Assembly (NCBI GenBank): GCA_031082125.1
Contig: JAVHLM010000003.1
Coordinates: 288,842-352,841, forward strand
DNA length: 64,000 nucleotides
Direction of reading: 5' to 3'
Origin: Vulcanimicrobiota bacterium
Lineage (GTDB): Bacteria > Vulcanimicrobiota > CADAWZ01 > Ess09-12
Both the position numbers and the translations under genes were made by a program. A model generated the notes under the pieces. It had not been told where the DNA came from, did no database searches, and worked only from the letters and a program-made list of their open reading frames with translations. How positions within the stretch are numbered: position 1 is the stretch's first letter; each line of letters begins with the position of its first letter. Below are positions 1 through 10,264 of this stretch, in pieces.

Positions 1-652
1 GCCTCCCCCTTCCCCGTCTCCGGAGGCTTCGCCTGTCATCACGCCGGGGCCAGGAGAGGCAGGGAAGTCCCTCAGCCTTGAGGCAGTGCTCCAGAAGATG
101 AAAGAAGCGAATGCGGGGCTCAAGGATTACTCATCACCCATAAGGATAACGGGCTTGGCGAGCTATTCCATTATCGACACTGCTCTTTACATTGAAGGGA
201 CCTATTATTTCAAGACACCTGACAAGCACAGGCTCAAGATAAGCAAGGGCCCCCACTACCTGGCCCAGTATCCCCAGGCCTTCGGCTGGAGCCTCCCCGA
301 CCCCCGGGAGTGGACAGGCAAGGTGAAGGAGGTCAATGAAAACGGGAAAGACTATTTCCTTGTGAAGCTTATCCCTGTGATGGGGCAGGGTGACCTGTTG
401 AAAAACGAGTTATGGGTTGATAAAAAGTCCTACCTTTTCTCCAGGCAGGTCTCCTATTACCGTGACAAGGGCATGATGACCATAGAGAGCTCATACCGGG
501 TGGTGGAAGGCTTTCATGTATTTGACAAACTTATTGGGCACTTTGAGTTTCCCAAGAAGCACCTGAAGGGCAAAGCCCAGGCTGAGTACGGCGAGTACAG
601 GATAAACGGGGGCATCGACGATGCCGTATTCCAGGATGAAAAGAAAAAATAG
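1..652 (+). CDS. LolA-like / outer-membrane lipoprotein-sorting family protein (5'-partial)
   Basis: The frame is open from the window start. Beta-rich sequence with 'LWVDKKSYLFSRQVSYY' and C-terminal 'INGGIDDAVF', typical of LolA-like folds. Confidence 0.55.
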   Translation, partial: PPPSPSPEASPVITPGPGEAGKSLSLEAVLQKMKEANAGLKDYSSPIRITGLASYSIIDTALYIEGTYYFKTPDKHRLKISKGPHYLAQYPQAFGWSLPDPREWTGKVKEVNENGKDYFLVKLIPVMGQGDLLKNELWVDKKSYLFSRQVSYYRDKGMMTIESSYRVVEGFHVFDKLIGHFEFPKKHLKGKAQAEYGEYRINGGIDDAVFQDEKKK

Positions 653-664
653 GGGAGCCCGGCT

Positions 665-1819
665 TCACGGCGACGGCGGCAAAGGGACCTTTATCTTCTC
701 TTCGTATACCTTCAGGGCAGCCTCTATCACCCTGTCCATGTTGAGATAGCGGTAAGTTCCCAGCCTTCCGCCGAAAATGACGTTCCTGAGCCCCCGGGAA
801 TCCTGCATATAGCGCTCATAGGTTTCCCGGTCCTCACTCCTGTTCACAGGGTAGTAAGGCTCGTCATCGCCTTCAAGGCTCTTGGAATACTCGCGGAATA
901 TCAGGGTCTTTTTCTCTCCATAGGCTCTCTCGCGGTGAAGGTGCCTGAACTCATGGATCCTGGTGAAGGGGACGGCGGAGTCTGCATAATTCATCACGGC
1001 CGTGCCCTGGTAATCTCCCTCCTCAAGGATCTCCCGTTCAAAAAGGGAGGTCCGCCATGCCAGTCTGCCGTGCCGGTAGTTGAAAAAGCGGTCAAGAGGC
1101 CCCGTATAGACGATCAGGCAGTCATCGCCCAGCAGGTGGCGCACCTCAAAAAAGTCCGTATTGAGATGGAGAGAGATATTGGGGTGGGCAAGCATTTTCT
1201 CGAAGACGCCGGTGTAGCCGCAGAGAGGGAGGCCCTGCCAGGGATCGTTGAAATAGTTGCTGTGATAGCTGTAAGATACGGGAAGCCTTGCCATGATATC
1301 AGAGGGAAGTTCCCTTGGATCGACGCCCCACTGCTTGATGGAGTACCCCCTGATAAGGGCTTCATAGAGAGGCCTTCCCACGGAGGAAATGGCCACTTCC
1401 TCGAAATTTGAGGGTGTCGGGGAGCCCTCCTTTTCGATCTCGCTGCAGAGAAACGCGCGGGCCTCCGAGGGCTTGAAATTGGCTTCATAGAAAGCATTTA
1501 TGGTGCTGAGATTGATGGGCATCTGATACACCCTGCCCTTATGCTCGGTAAGCACCTTGTGCTGATAATCGTTGAAAGGGGAGAACCTGCTTATATAACG
1601 CCATACCGCCTCGCTCGAGGTATGGAAAATATGGGAGCCGTACTTGTGGAATTCTATACCCGTCTCCCGATCAGTCTCCGTGTAGCAGTTACCGCCTATA
1701 TGGGCTCTCTTTTCAACAAGGGCCACGGGCTCTCCCATGTCGGCGGCAATTCTTTCCGCTATGGTGGCGCCGAAGAACCCCGCACCGGCCACGAGATACC
1801 TGAAGTGCTCAAAGCTCAT
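665..1819 (-). CDS. glf: UDP-galactopyranose mutase
   Basis: FAD motif GAGFFG, HIGGNCY, HKYGSHIFHT, EPYYP, GRLGTYRYLNMD. Confidence 0.95.
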   Translation of the reverse strand: MSFEHFRYLVAGAGFFGATIAERIAADMGEPVALVEKRAHIGGNCYTETDRETGIEFHKYGSHIFHTSSEAVWRYISRFSPFNDYQHKVLTEHKGRVYQMPINLSTINAFYEANFKPSEARAFLCSEIEKEGSPTPSNFEEVAISSVGRPLYEALIRGYSIKQWGVDPRELPSDIMARLPVSYSYHSNYFNDPWQGLPLCGYTGVFEKMLAHPNISLHLNTDFFEVRHLLGDDCLIVYTGPLDRFFNYRHGRLAWRTSLFEREILEEGDYQGTAVMNYADSAVPFTRIHEFRHLHRERAYGEKKTLIFREYSKSLEGDDEPYYPVNRSEDRETYERYMQDSRGLRNVIFGGRLGTYRYLNMDRVIEAALKVYEEKIKVPLPPSP

Positions 1820-2659
1820 CTAAAGCTCCATATCTTTAAGAAAATTGCGCTTCCTCCCGAACTGCTTCACCGTGTCCTTCAGCATCGAGTCAAAATCCCT
1901 CACGGTGGGCTGGAACTGCCCCTCGGCCTTGTCATGGTTCTGGTGTATCACAAAAATGTCTTTCGGCGAGTTGGTCACCCAGTTCAGGAGCCTCCGGCGC
2001 TGGATAAAGTCGAAATCCACGGTGCCCCAGTGATCGGACTCGTTGAGGCCCCCGAATTCCTTCCACTTCGTGCGAAGCATACCGCCGAAAATCCAGGATT
2101 CCCACTCATCACAGGTCTCGGCAAATGAGGGCGTGCTGTACGGGTTTATTACCATGCCGAGGTACTCCTCCTTGTAGAGAGGCTCCTTGTTGTCATAAAA
2201 TCCCTCTATGTTCCTTATGGCATAAAAATCGTTCTCCCAGTCCACCGAGTCAATCTTCTCCTGCATCGAGAAGGTGAGATAATAGGTCCGGGAGTTAAAG
2301 TAGTGGTCGGGGTGGGCTCTCAGGGTTCTGTTGGCCTTTTCAATGCAGTCAAAACAGATCATCACCTCGGGATGGGCGATGTAGACAAACTCCCCCCTTG
2401 ATTTCATGATGCCGCGGTTGACGATGGCGCCGGCATCCCTCCACTCCCCCGGCTTCTTGTCATCGAGCTTCACGTAACTGATCTTGAGCTGGCCTGAAAA
2501 GGACTTCACGAGAGCCTCTGTGTCATCGGAAGAGCCATCGTCAAGAATGATAAGCTCGAAGCGCTTCTCGGTCTGCCTGGCGTAACACTTGAGGGACCGC
2601 TTCAAGAGGTGGGCGCGGTTGTAGGTGCACAGCACGACGCTGGCAAAATCTTTTATCAC
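1820..2659 (-). CDS. Glycosyltransferase family 2
   Basis: SVVLCTYNR...ELIILDDGSSD motif. Start moved to the GTG at 2659, which follows a GGAGG RBS just after the upstream stop. Confidence 0.85.
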   Translation of the reverse strand: MIKDFASVVLCTYNRAHLLKRSLKCYARQTEKRFELIILDDGSSDDTEALVKSFSGQLKISYVKLDDKKPGEWRDAGAIVNRGIMKSRGEFVYIAHPEVMICFDCIEKANRTLRAHPDHYFNSRTYYLTFSMQEKIDSVDWENDFYAIRNIEGFYDNKEPLYKEEYLGMVINPYSTPSFAETCDEWESWIFGGMLRTKWKEFGGLNESDHWGTVDFDFIQRRRLLNWVTNSPKDIFVIHQNHDKAEGQFQPTVRDFDSMLKDTVKQFGRKRNFLKDMEL

Positions 2660-2669
2660 TGCTTCCTCC

Positions 2670-3365
2670 TTACTTCTTAAGGACCAGCATGAGCCATCGC
2701 GGGGGAATGGTCTCCTTCCTTGCAATCTGTTCCCTGTGTTCATCAAGAAGCTCATCAATCGCCCCTGTCGTCTGGGGCAGGTCGCCCCCGTAATCGTGAA
2801 AGGCCATGATGCCTCCTGGAACTATATGAGGCCAGATGGCATGGAAATCATGCTTCACCACTTCAGGCTCATGGTTCCCATCCAGAAAGGCAAAGACGAA
2901 TTTCTGGTCCTCACTGAAACGGAGCGTTCTTGAGTCGCCTTTCACCACGCGGATGTTGGGATATTCCCTTGTGTTCTCGAGAAAAAGCTCTTCCTGGTTG
3001 CGGCCGCCCAGAAGCAGATGGTAGATATCGGCCATTGCATAGCCGGCGGTATTGACGGTCCTGTCAACGTCCGGGTCAAAAATATCGACGGCATAGACCT
3101 TTTTCCCCCAGGGAAGCGCAGCCTTCGCAAGCTTTGCCGTGCCGCCGCCGATGAAGCACCCTATCTCCAGGAAATCCCCTTCAAGCCGGAAAAGGTCGCA
3201 CTCTTCCATGAGAGCGATAAAGATCTCATAGCCGACGAGATCACTGATCGTGCCGTAGGGAAACCGGTAGATATAGAGCTTTCTCGGGAAGGGATTGCCC
3301 TTTCCAGGGAGTTCCATATGCGTCCTCACAAAAGAATCAGCAGGATCTTTTTCATACCGGATCAT
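2670..3365 (-). CDS. Class I SAM-dependent methyltransferase (Methyltransf_24/TylF-like)
   Basis: FLEIGCFIGG, VDIF, FLDGNH, GGIMAFHDY motifs. Start uncertain (3365 or 3317). Confidence 0.8.
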   Translation of the reverse strand: MIRYEKDPADSFVRTHMELPGKGNPFPRKLYIYRFPYGTISDLVGYEIFIALMEECDLFRLEGDFLEIGCFIGGGTAKLAKAALPWGKKVYAVDIFDPDVDRTVNTAGYAMADIYHLLLGGRNQEELFLENTREYPNIRVVKGDSRTLRFSEDQKFVFAFLDGNHEPEVVKHDFHAIWPHIVPGGIMAFHDYGGDLPQTTGAIDELLDEHREQIARKETIPPRWLMLVLKK

Positions 3366-3607
3366 TTCCTGAAAGTTCCCGAAACCCCTGCAGGTTGGCA
3401 CCTTTTTTGATCGGCTCACCGGGAAAAACTGGCGCAGGGGATCTACGTGGAGCGCCTGAGAGAAAGCGACCGCTACGCAAAGGTTTACACAGAACAGGAC
3501 GCCCGGGAGGCAGCCTGCCACGAAGCGCAGAAACATGCCGATTGATTTGAACCAGTGCAAGGTCACTGAAGACCCAACAGCTTCACCGCCAGAAGCCACA
3601 GCCAGTT

Positions 3608-4783
3608 TTACGCATTGTCAGGGCCCTTTGCTTCAGCGGGGGACCCTTCCGCGGCATTGACGACGTACCTCCTGGTCGGGTACACCTTCATATCGGCGTC
3701 GATCACCTTTCTGGTCACAGGGTCCACGTAGAGATCAATCTCCCCCACCTGGCGGCCATGGGAGCCGGCTTCGACGATATAGGTCTTGTGAGGGTAAGGA
3801 CCTGTATCAAAGGCCGCGTTGGCCGTCTTGTGGTCATGACCCGCGACAATGACGTCAATGTAAGGAACCTGGGCGGCAAGGTGCTTGAGCTCCTCCATGC
3901 TGAGCTGCACTTCCTCATCACTGAGGGTGTAGTCCTCGGTGAGGTGGCTGCCCTCATCCTTGATATCGGTGATTCCCTTGTGGACAAGAGCTACGATGAC
4001 CTCTGCGCCTTCATGGCGCATCTCATCGACGCTCTTGAGAAGGGATGCTGATTCAGAAAGGGCCGTAATATCATCGCCCATCTCGGGATGCTGCGGTGTG
4101 TGCATCTTTGTGGTGGTAATTCCCACAAAGCCTACTTTTACCCCCTTGATATCGGCTATGAAGTATGGGACAGTGCCTGAGATAGGCTTCTGGGTATCCT
4201 TATCAAGCAGGTTGGAGCTTACGACTCTCGCCTTGAGCTCTTTGAAATATTCCTTGACTGCCACGCCACTGCCCCACTGGAACTCGTGGTTCCCCGGCAC
4301 CACGGCGGTATAGCCTTCCTTGTTGAAAAACTCGACAATCCTGCCGAAACGGTCGGGGTCGCCGTGATTGGCCGTGTTGCCCGCGTCGCCCGAATCCACC
4401 AGCACTGCATCAGGGTTGACACGCTTCAGCCTTTCAACAACCTTTTCAACGGCAGGGAGGGTGCGGGTAGCGCCATGAAGGTCGTTCGTGTGGATGAGGG
4501 GGATCTTTATGAGGTTACCCGGCGATGCGGCGCTTTCCGGGGGAGGCGGATTGTTTTCCGGTTCTGATTTTTTGTTGCTCTTGGGCTTCTTCTTTGCGGC
4601 CGCTTCCCCGTGAGGGGCAGCAGGGGCTTTCCTCTCCGCAGACTCACCAGGGACATCGCCCCGGGGCTTGAAAGAATCAGCAGGCTCATCGACTGCTGCA
4701 GGCTCTGAAAGATTCCGGGCCTGCGGTTCCGTGAAAGGGAGACTGACGTTTCTGAAGGCCGGGAACTGCACTTCACCCACCAT
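3608..4783 (-). CDS. Metallophosphoesterase, 5'-nucleotidase N-terminal domain only, with ~90 aa low-complexity N-terminus
   Basis: HTNDLHG, DSGD, GNHE, GHDH motifs. No C-terminal substrate-binding domain and no hydrophobic signal peptide. Confidence 0.85.
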   Translation of the reverse strand: MVGEVQFPAFRNVSLPFTEPQARNLSEPAAVDEPADSFKPRGDVPGESAERKAPAAPHGEAAAKKKPKSNKKSEPENNPPPPESAASPGNLIKIPLIHTNDLHGATRTLPAVEKVVERLKRVNPDAVLVDSGDAGNTANHGDPDRFGRIVEFFNKEGYTAVVPGNHEFQWGSGVAVKEYFKELKARVVSSNLLDKDTQKPISGTVPYFIADIKGVKVGFVGITTTKMHTPQHPEMGDDITALSESASLLKSVDEMRHEGAEVIVALVHKGITDIKDEGSHLTEDYTLSDEEVQLSMEELKHLAAQVPYIDVIVAGHDHKTANAAFDTGPYPHKTYIVEAGSHGRQVGEIDLYVDPVTRKVIDADMKVYPTRRYVVNAAEGSPAEAKGPDNA

Positions 4784-4824
4784 AGCGCTGCTCCTCTCGA
4801 AAACTGGGTTTCACCCTCAAGATG

Positions 4825-4869
4825 ATTATACCTTATTACGGGCCTCAGGGATATTGAGAAATTGTAAAT
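4825..4869 (-). promoter_or_regulatory. -10 TATAAT plus upstream ATTTACAATTTCTCAAT box, 22 nt spacer
   Basis: Same architecture as the sites at 10136-10180 and 57572-57616. Confidence 0.5.
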
Positions 4870-4900
4870 TTTCGGAGCCGGGAAAGAGAGCCGCTCTGCT

Positions 4901-6157
4901 TCAGCGGTATGCAGGGAAGAGATCATGGTCCGGCCACCTTGTGACACCTGCTGCAGCCTCGTGGAGCGCCAGATCAATCTCGCCGTACTCGACATAGTTT
5001 GAAAGAGCGCACTCATTGAAGAGGACGACCCATGAAAAACCGTCATGACGGCGCACAAGCAATGAGTAGGTCCCCGGGAGGAGGCCGGCATGCCAGTAAT
5101 TGGCCTTCCCTGAAGACCCCACAGGCCTCACGAGCCAGCCGCACCCGTAATAATAGTCCGAGGGGCTGCCATCATCTTCAATCCAGGCGGGGGCTGGCGG
5201 CCGCCCGTACATGGCCTTCCTGAACTCGGCAGTGAAAAGCTCCCGGCATGACATTCCGTCAAGGGCAGAGGCAAACCTTGCCAGGTCTAAGACCGATGCA
5301 AGCCAGCCGCCATGGGAGTCCATGGCTTCAAGGCAGAAGCCTCCATAGGGACGGAGGACCACAGGCGGCGTCTTTCCGGGAAATACGCTGGACTCCTGTG
5401 TTGAATCACTCTCATAATAACATACCTCACCGGGAGCGCGCTCGCCGGGGAGGGTTTTGCCAAGGCGCATGCCCTTTATTCCCATAGGCTCAAGAAGGCT
5501 CTCTTTCACGTATTCTTCGTAGCCCTGGCCCGATAGCGCCTCAATCACCCTGCCCAGCACGCAGTACCCGAAGTTGGAATACGAGTAGCGGCTTCCCGGA
5601 TCGAAATCAAGAGGTTTTTTGAGCATGTGGTCTATGATCTGCTCCTGGCGGGCAGGAGGCGTCATGCCATGCTCCTCGGCAATAGGGCGGGACTGGAACA
5701 TGGGGTCGCCGCTCTCCCCGCTTTCCCAGCCCGCCGTGTGCTGGAGCAGATGGCGGAGGGTAATCTGCCTGAGCCTCGGGTCGGCAGGGTCCTTGACGGC
5801 AGGATATTTCTCACTGGAGAGGAGAGGGAAAGCGTGTGAATCAAGGCTCACCTTGCCGCCGCTTTTCTGGATGAGAGTAAAAAGGGCTGCTGCAGTGAAA
5901 GGCTTTGAGATGCTGGCAATGCGGAAAAGCGATGTTTCCTTTACAGGCTCCCCTTTCTTCCTGTCTGCCACGCCGTATCCCCGGGCATAGACAAGGCGGC
6001 CGTCCTTGACGACTGCCAGGGCGCCGCCGGGGATCTGGTGCTTTGTCATGTAGCGCTCCATGGTGCTGTCGAAGCTCCCGAATTCCTTGCCGGCACAGGC
6101 GGGGGCTCCCTGGAATACCATCATGAGAATAAACAGGGCGCGGCACAGTAGTTTCAT
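4901..6157 (-). CDS. Serine hydrolase, beta-lactamase class C / D-aminopeptidase family, secreted
   Basis: SISK (SxxK), LLQHTAG, YSNFGY, HAG motifs. Signal peptide MKLLCRALFILMMVFQGAPACA. Confidence 0.9.
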   Translation of the reverse strand: MKLLCRALFILMMVFQGAPACAGKEFGSFDSTMERYMTKHQIPGGALAVVKDGRLVYARGYGVADRKKGEPVKETSLFRIASISKPFTAAALFTLIQKSGGKVSLDSHAFPLLSSEKYPAVKDPADPRLRQITLRHLLQHTAGWESGESGDPMFQSRPIAEEHGMTPPARQEQIIDHMLKKPLDFDPGSRYSYSNFGYCVLGRVIEALSGQGYEEYVKESLLEPMGIKGMRLGKTLPGERAPGEVCYYESDSTQESSVFPGKTPPVVLRPYGGFCLEAMDSHGGWLASVLDLARFASALDGMSCRELFTAEFRKAMYGRPPAPAWIEDDGSPSDYYYGCGWLVRPVGSSGKANYWHAGLLPGTYSLLVRRHDGFSWVVLFNECALSNYVEYGEIDLALHEAAAGVTRWPDHDLFPAYR

Positions 6158-6246
6158 TGAGCACCTCTCTCGAAAATGCATTATCCCGAGGTGGATTCAC
6201 CTGGAGAGCTGTTTATTCCTTTTGAATCACAAAAGAGCCGGGGTAC

Positions 6247-6666
6247 TTATGAAGAGCCCTGGAAAACCTCTCTCAGCTTTTCATAGAGCCCGGGAAAGCG
6301 CGTCATTTTCACTATTTTTCTCTCGGGCGAGATGAAGGTGTGCACCGATGTTCCTGAGGCAATGAGCTCATGGTCCTTTTTCGCTTCATAGGCCAGGGTA
6401 ATTCGCGCATTGGTCATCCCTACGGGGACCGTCACGATGGTGAGCCAGTCTTCATACCGGGCCACCGATCTGAGCTGGCACGTGAAAAACACCACGGGAG
6501 CCCAGATTCCCCTTCTTTCGAACTCGGAATAAGAGAGGATGTGGCGCGCGAAGAAATCTGTCCTGCCGGCTTCAAAATATACCGGGTACACGGAATGATG
6601 GACCACACCCATCTGATCGGTTTCCACATAGCGGACCTGCAGCTTTATCTCTGACAGAAAGGGCAT
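6247..6666 (-). CDS. Acyl-CoA thioesterase (YbgC/4HBT family)
   Basis: VRYVETDQMGVVHHSVYPVYFEAGR motif. Start at the ATG at 6666. Confidence 0.9.
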   Translation of the reverse strand: MPFLSEIKLQVRYVETDQMGVVHHSVYPVYFEAGRTDFFARHILSYSEFERRGIWAPVVFFTCQLRSVARYEDWLTIVTVPVGMTNARITLAYEAKKDHELIASGTSVHTFISPERKIVKMTRFPGLYEKLREVFQGSS

Positions 6667-6722
6667 TTTCCTTGCTCCTTCTCTGAATGACAAAGAAGAT
6701 ATTCCTGAAAAAATGAGGGCCG

Positions 6723-7097
6723 CTATCTGCTTCCCGCGCCGCCCCTCTTCAGGGAAAAGAACTTCACCCCTGCCATGATGACTATCACCAGGCCGATGAG
6801 GGTGATGAGGCAGAATGGAATTATAAAGACGATATGGCGATGGTCCGAGAGGGTCGTCGTGCAGAAAACGGGCCAGGCACATATTCCTCCGATACCGAGA
6901 AGAAGAACCAGGCCGCCCTTTACCCCAAGAGTGATGCAATCCTTCACTTTCTTGATCTCCTGCTTCTCTTCGGTCCCCTTCTGAGTGACCTTCTCGCGGT
7001 GCTCAGCCTCCATCCGGGCGAAATCCCTCTGGGTGAGGGAACCGCGCTTCCTGCCTGAAGAAGAACGGCCTGGGCCTGAATCATTATTAAAGCTCAC
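6723..7097 (-). CDS. Hypothetical membrane protein (2 TM)
   Basis: Charged N-terminus followed by two hydrophobic segments. GGGAGG RBS. Confidence 0.6.
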   Translation of the reverse strand: MSFNNDSGPGRSSSGRKRGSLTQRDFARMEAEHREKVTQKGTEEKQEIKKVKDCITLGVKGGLVLLLGIGGICAWPVFCTTTLSDHRHIVFIIPFCLITLIGLVIVIMAGVKFFSLKRGGAGSR

Positions 7098-7194
7098 CTT
7101 TTCCTCCCGCCTGTGCTGTCCCCCGGTGGGGCAGCGTTATGATGCCTTATTATTTTATCATGTCAGGGGGAAAATGAGAAGACCTTCAGGCCTC

Positions 7195-7223
7195 TTGAAA
7201 TTTCTATACATTGAGAGTAATAT
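7195..7223 (+). promoter_or_regulatory. Putative sigma70 promoter
   Basis: TTGAAA-N17-TAATAT upstream of 7288. Confidence 0.45.
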
Positions 7224-7287
7224 AAGAGAGTGGCTCGAAGAGACTTGAGCGGCAGGATACTACCGGTAGAAGGGGAGGAAAACCTCT

Positions 7288-8757
7288 ATGGAGATAAGTT
7301 TTGACAGAACCGCACAAGGTCCGGCACAGAGAGCGACCACGGCTGCACCGGCGAATGGGCTTTCAGGGGGCTCTCTCCCGACCGATCAGGCAAAGGACAC
7401 CTGGTCCGGATCTGCCACGCCGCAGAATACAGCCCCCCGGACCATGAAAAATATTTCCACCGCCAGCGCCTCCGAGGCCCTCTTCAAGGGAGAAGAGCAG
7501 GCCGTAAAGGTGCCATCCGAGGTCATGTGGAGCTTCCAGGCTCCTGCTGCTTCCAATGCGCCTCCCGTCACCGGCCCTCCGGGAAATGTCTATGTAAGAG
7601 CCGGATCGGACTTCCTCTATGCCGTTGATACCAAGGGAGCCGTCTTATGGAGCACAAAAGTGGAAGACACTTTCGGCAGGGAACCGGCTATTGACAGTAA
7701 GGGTAATGTTTACTTCTCCGACAGCTCATTCGGCACCATGAAGATTGCCTCGCATGATCCCCAGGGAGGAAAACGCTGGGAATACACCCAGCAGGTGACC
7801 GGCACGGGCTCCAAGACCGAGGAAGATGACCGCATACTGCTTGATGCCCCCTCAAACACCATGATCCTCTGCCTCAAGAACAGGCTCTTTGGCCTGGATA
7901 TGAGCTCGGGAGCCTGCAACTGGACCTTCAGCCTCTCGGACTATGAATACGGGGAAGTCGGGCACCTCAGACAGGGGCCCGGCGGCAGCTATTATCTTGC
8001 CTCCAACGTGGATCACCAGATCCATATCCTTGATCCTAAGACAGGCAAGGAGACAGGGAAATTCAAAGGCACGCAGGATCCCCACTCTTACCTGGGGATG
8101 GCGGTGGGACAGGACGGCACGGTCTTCACCACCGAGGAGCTCGGCGACTGGAACAAACGGGCGGTCCGGGCCCAGAAGCCCGACGGAAGCACCTTGTGGC
8201 AGAGCAGGAGCGCCGAGTACGTGAGGGATCCTCTCGTGGGACCTGACGGCACCGTGTATATCCAGCGCAAGGAAGGCCGGGAGAAATACTGCCTCGACGC
8301 CCTCGAGCCCGCCACCGGCGAGCTGAAATGGTACAGGCCCATGCCGGGCGGGAACTGCGACGATCCGCTGCTGATGGCCGACGGCAGCCTCCTCATAAAG
8401 GCTGATGAGCCTGCCGATCCCGCCACAAAGCGGCCCTGGAAAAAGGGTTGGCACAGGGCCATGGAAGAAGATCCCGTCAGCAAAATATACTGCCTCAGCC
8501 CCGGCGGAACGGTGAAGTGGACCCTCGAGCCCGGGTTATGGCTCCACTCGAAGCTCACCCTCGACGAGAGCAAGGGTATCCTCTACGGCAGCGACAACAC
8601 CGGAGGATGCCTCGGCATCAACATAAGCAAGCTTGATGAGACAGTGATGAAAATCCGCGAACAGTCTGTGCCCGACGACGGCAGCCCGCTCAAGATTGTC
8701 CTGGAAGAGGACTGCGTCGATATCGGAGGCATCCGCCTCCCCGTAGGCAGGGGATAG
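7288..8757 (+). CDS. PQQ-binding-like (BamB-type) beta-propeller repeat protein
   Basis: Repeated GxxxW / PxxGPDGTVY blades, low-complexity N-terminus, GGGGAGG RBS. Confidence 0.85.
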   Translation: MEISFDRTAQGPAQRATTAAPANGLSGGSLPTDQAKDTWSGSATPQNTAPRTMKNISTASASEALFKGEEQAVKVPSEVMWSFQAPAASNAPPVTGPPGNVYVRAGSDFLYAVDTKGAVLWSTKVEDTFGREPAIDSKGNVYFSDSSFGTMKIASHDPQGGKRWEYTQQVTGTGSKTEEDDRILLDAPSNTMILCLKNRLFGLDMSSGACNWTFSLSDYEYGEVGHLRQGPGGSYYLASNVDHQIHILDPKTGKETGKFKGTQDPHSYLGMAVGQDGTVFTTEELGDWNKRAVRAQKPDGSTLWQSRSAEYVRDPLVGPDGTVYIQRKEGREKYCLDALEPATGELKWYRPMPGGNCDDPLLMADGSLLIKADEPADPATKRPWKKGWHRAMEEDPVSKIYCLSPGGTVKWTLEPGLWLHSKLTLDESKGILYGSDNTGGCLGINISKLDETVMKIREQSVPDDGSPLKIVLEEDCVDIGGIRLPVGRG

Positions 8758-8771
8758 CGCCGGGGCAGGCG

Positions 8772-10082
8772 TCAGGCCTTTCCGGGATCTTCCTTCTTCT
8801 TCGGGAGCTTCAATCCATCTATCACGATGAACTCCTCATCCTGCTCCACCGTCTTCTGCTGCTCTACCGGCGCGGCCTCGGGATTCTTGGCGATCTTCTC
8901 CGCCTCGGCCTTCATGGTGAGGGCCGGTACATTCATGGCATAGAGCTTTCCGTTATTGCAGCCGAAATAGAAGTTGCCTTCCCCGTCGCAGGCGGGAGGG
9001 CAGTGAATATAGCTGTCGGCATGGTACTGCATCTGCTTGACGCCGGTCTGCTGGTCCAGGCAGAGGACCATGTTCCTGTCGGTCACCACATAGAGAAGGC
9101 CATTCTCGGCAGGCACTGGCTCTACACGGAGCTCGCCGCCGATGTAGAACTCCCACTTGTGCTGCCCCGACACGGGGTCCACGGCATAGAGGAGATTGTC
9201 GTTGTTCCCCACGTAAACGGTGCCGTCGGGACCTACCACCGGCGTGGGAAGGATCCAGTGGCCAGTAGGGAATTCCCATTTCCCCTCCCCTGTCGAAGGA
9301 TCGATGGCGTGAAGGGTCTTGTCAATGCACCCCGCGTATACGGTACCATCGGGGCCTACGGCGGGAGAATTGCGGAGCATATCGCCGGTCTTGTATTTCC
9401 ATTTCTCTTTGCCTGTTCCCGATTCAAGGGCGTACACGCAGCCGTCATGGCCTCCCCCGTACACTGTGCCGTCCTTCCCGAGCACGGGATCTGATTCAAA
9501 GTTCTGGGTGATGGGCGTCCGGGCCGTTATCTTCCGGTTTTTCAGGTCAATGGCGATAAGCCCGCCATCGCCGCGCATCGAAGCCCGGCCATCTTCATAG
9601 ACGGTAATGGAGGCCGCTGAGGAACCTATGGGAAGTTTCCACTTGTCGTCACCCGTTGCAGGATCAAGGGCATGAAGGCATCCGTCATCTTCCACCAAGA
9701 GGAGGGAGCCGTCGGGGGCAAGAACGGCCGGAGGAGGGCCATCGCTTCCCATTTTCTTCTGCCATAGCTCCGATCCGGTCTTTGCGTCAAAGGCGTGGAG
9801 CGCCTTGTCAGGATAGCGGTCGCTTACGATAAGGGTGCTGCCGGCAAGCACGGGGGAGCCCATGACAGAAAGCTCCTTGGTCCACTTCACCTCGGCGGTC
9901 TTTTTTGTGCTGCCTGTCAGAAGAGCCCCGGCAGCCTTCTTTATATCCACGGGCGGGGCCGAGGAAGCGCTTTTCTGAAAAGCATCGCTTATGTTCGCAA
10001 AAGCCTGGGGCGATTCATTCCCAGCCGCCTGAGGCTGAGTACGGTCACCTGGTATCAACGATCCCCTGTCGCGTATCTCCAT
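8772..10082 (-). CDS. PQQ-binding-like beta-propeller repeat protein
   Basis: Repeats such as SPAVGPDGTVYAG...LHAIDPSTGEGKW. Confidence 0.9.
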   Translation of the reverse strand: MEIRDRGSLIPGDRTQPQAAGNESPQAFANISDAFQKSASSAPPVDIKKAAGALLTGSTKKTAEVKWTKELSVMGSPVLAGSTLIVSDRYPDKALHAFDAKTGSELWQKKMGSDGPPPAVLAPDGSLLLVEDDGCLHALDPATGDDKWKLPIGSSAASITVYEDGRASMRGDGGLIAIDLKNRKITARTPITQNFESDPVLGKDGTVYGGGHDGCVYALESGTGKEKWKYKTGDMLRNSPAVGPDGTVYAGCIDKTLHAIDPSTGEGKWEFPTGHWILPTPVVGPDGTVYVGNNDNLLYAVDPVSGQHKWEFYIGGELRVEPVPAENGLLYVVTDRNMVLCLDQQTGVKQMQYHADSYIHCPPACDGEGNFYFGCNNGKLYAMNVPALTMKAEAEKIAKNPEAAPVEQQKTVEQDEEFIVIDGLKLPKKKEDPGKA

Positions 10083-10135
10083 GATAAGTCCCCCCTTGCT
10101 CGAGTTCTGCCAATGGTTATGTGAATGGCAAGGTT

Positions 10136-10180
10136 ATTATAGCTCCAAGGTCCACGCAAGAGTATTTCAAAAATGTTAAC
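10136..10180 (-). promoter_or_regulatory. -10 TATAAT plus upstream GTTAACATTTTTGAAAT box, 22 nt spacer
   Basis: Near-identical box and the same spacing at 57572-57616. Confidence 0.55.
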
Positions 10181-10204
10181 TCTTCGCCTTTTGAGGCCAT
10201 TCCC

Positions 10205-10233
10205 TTGCATGGCGTCTGATTTTAAAGTATTAT
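10205..10233 (+). promoter_or_regulatory. Putative sigma70 promoter
   Basis: TTGCAT-N17-TATTAT upstream of 10265. Confidence 0.5.
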
Positions 10234-10264
10234 AGAGACAGTATCCTGCAAGGAGGGCAAGAGG

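Noticed and set aside
3370-3605. Possible structured ncRNA (6S-like) between the methyltransferase and nucleotidase
   Set aside because: No long end-to-end pairing found by eye. A + frame fragment (…ERLRESDRYAKVYTEQDAREA…) looks more like a gene remnant. Needs Infernal.
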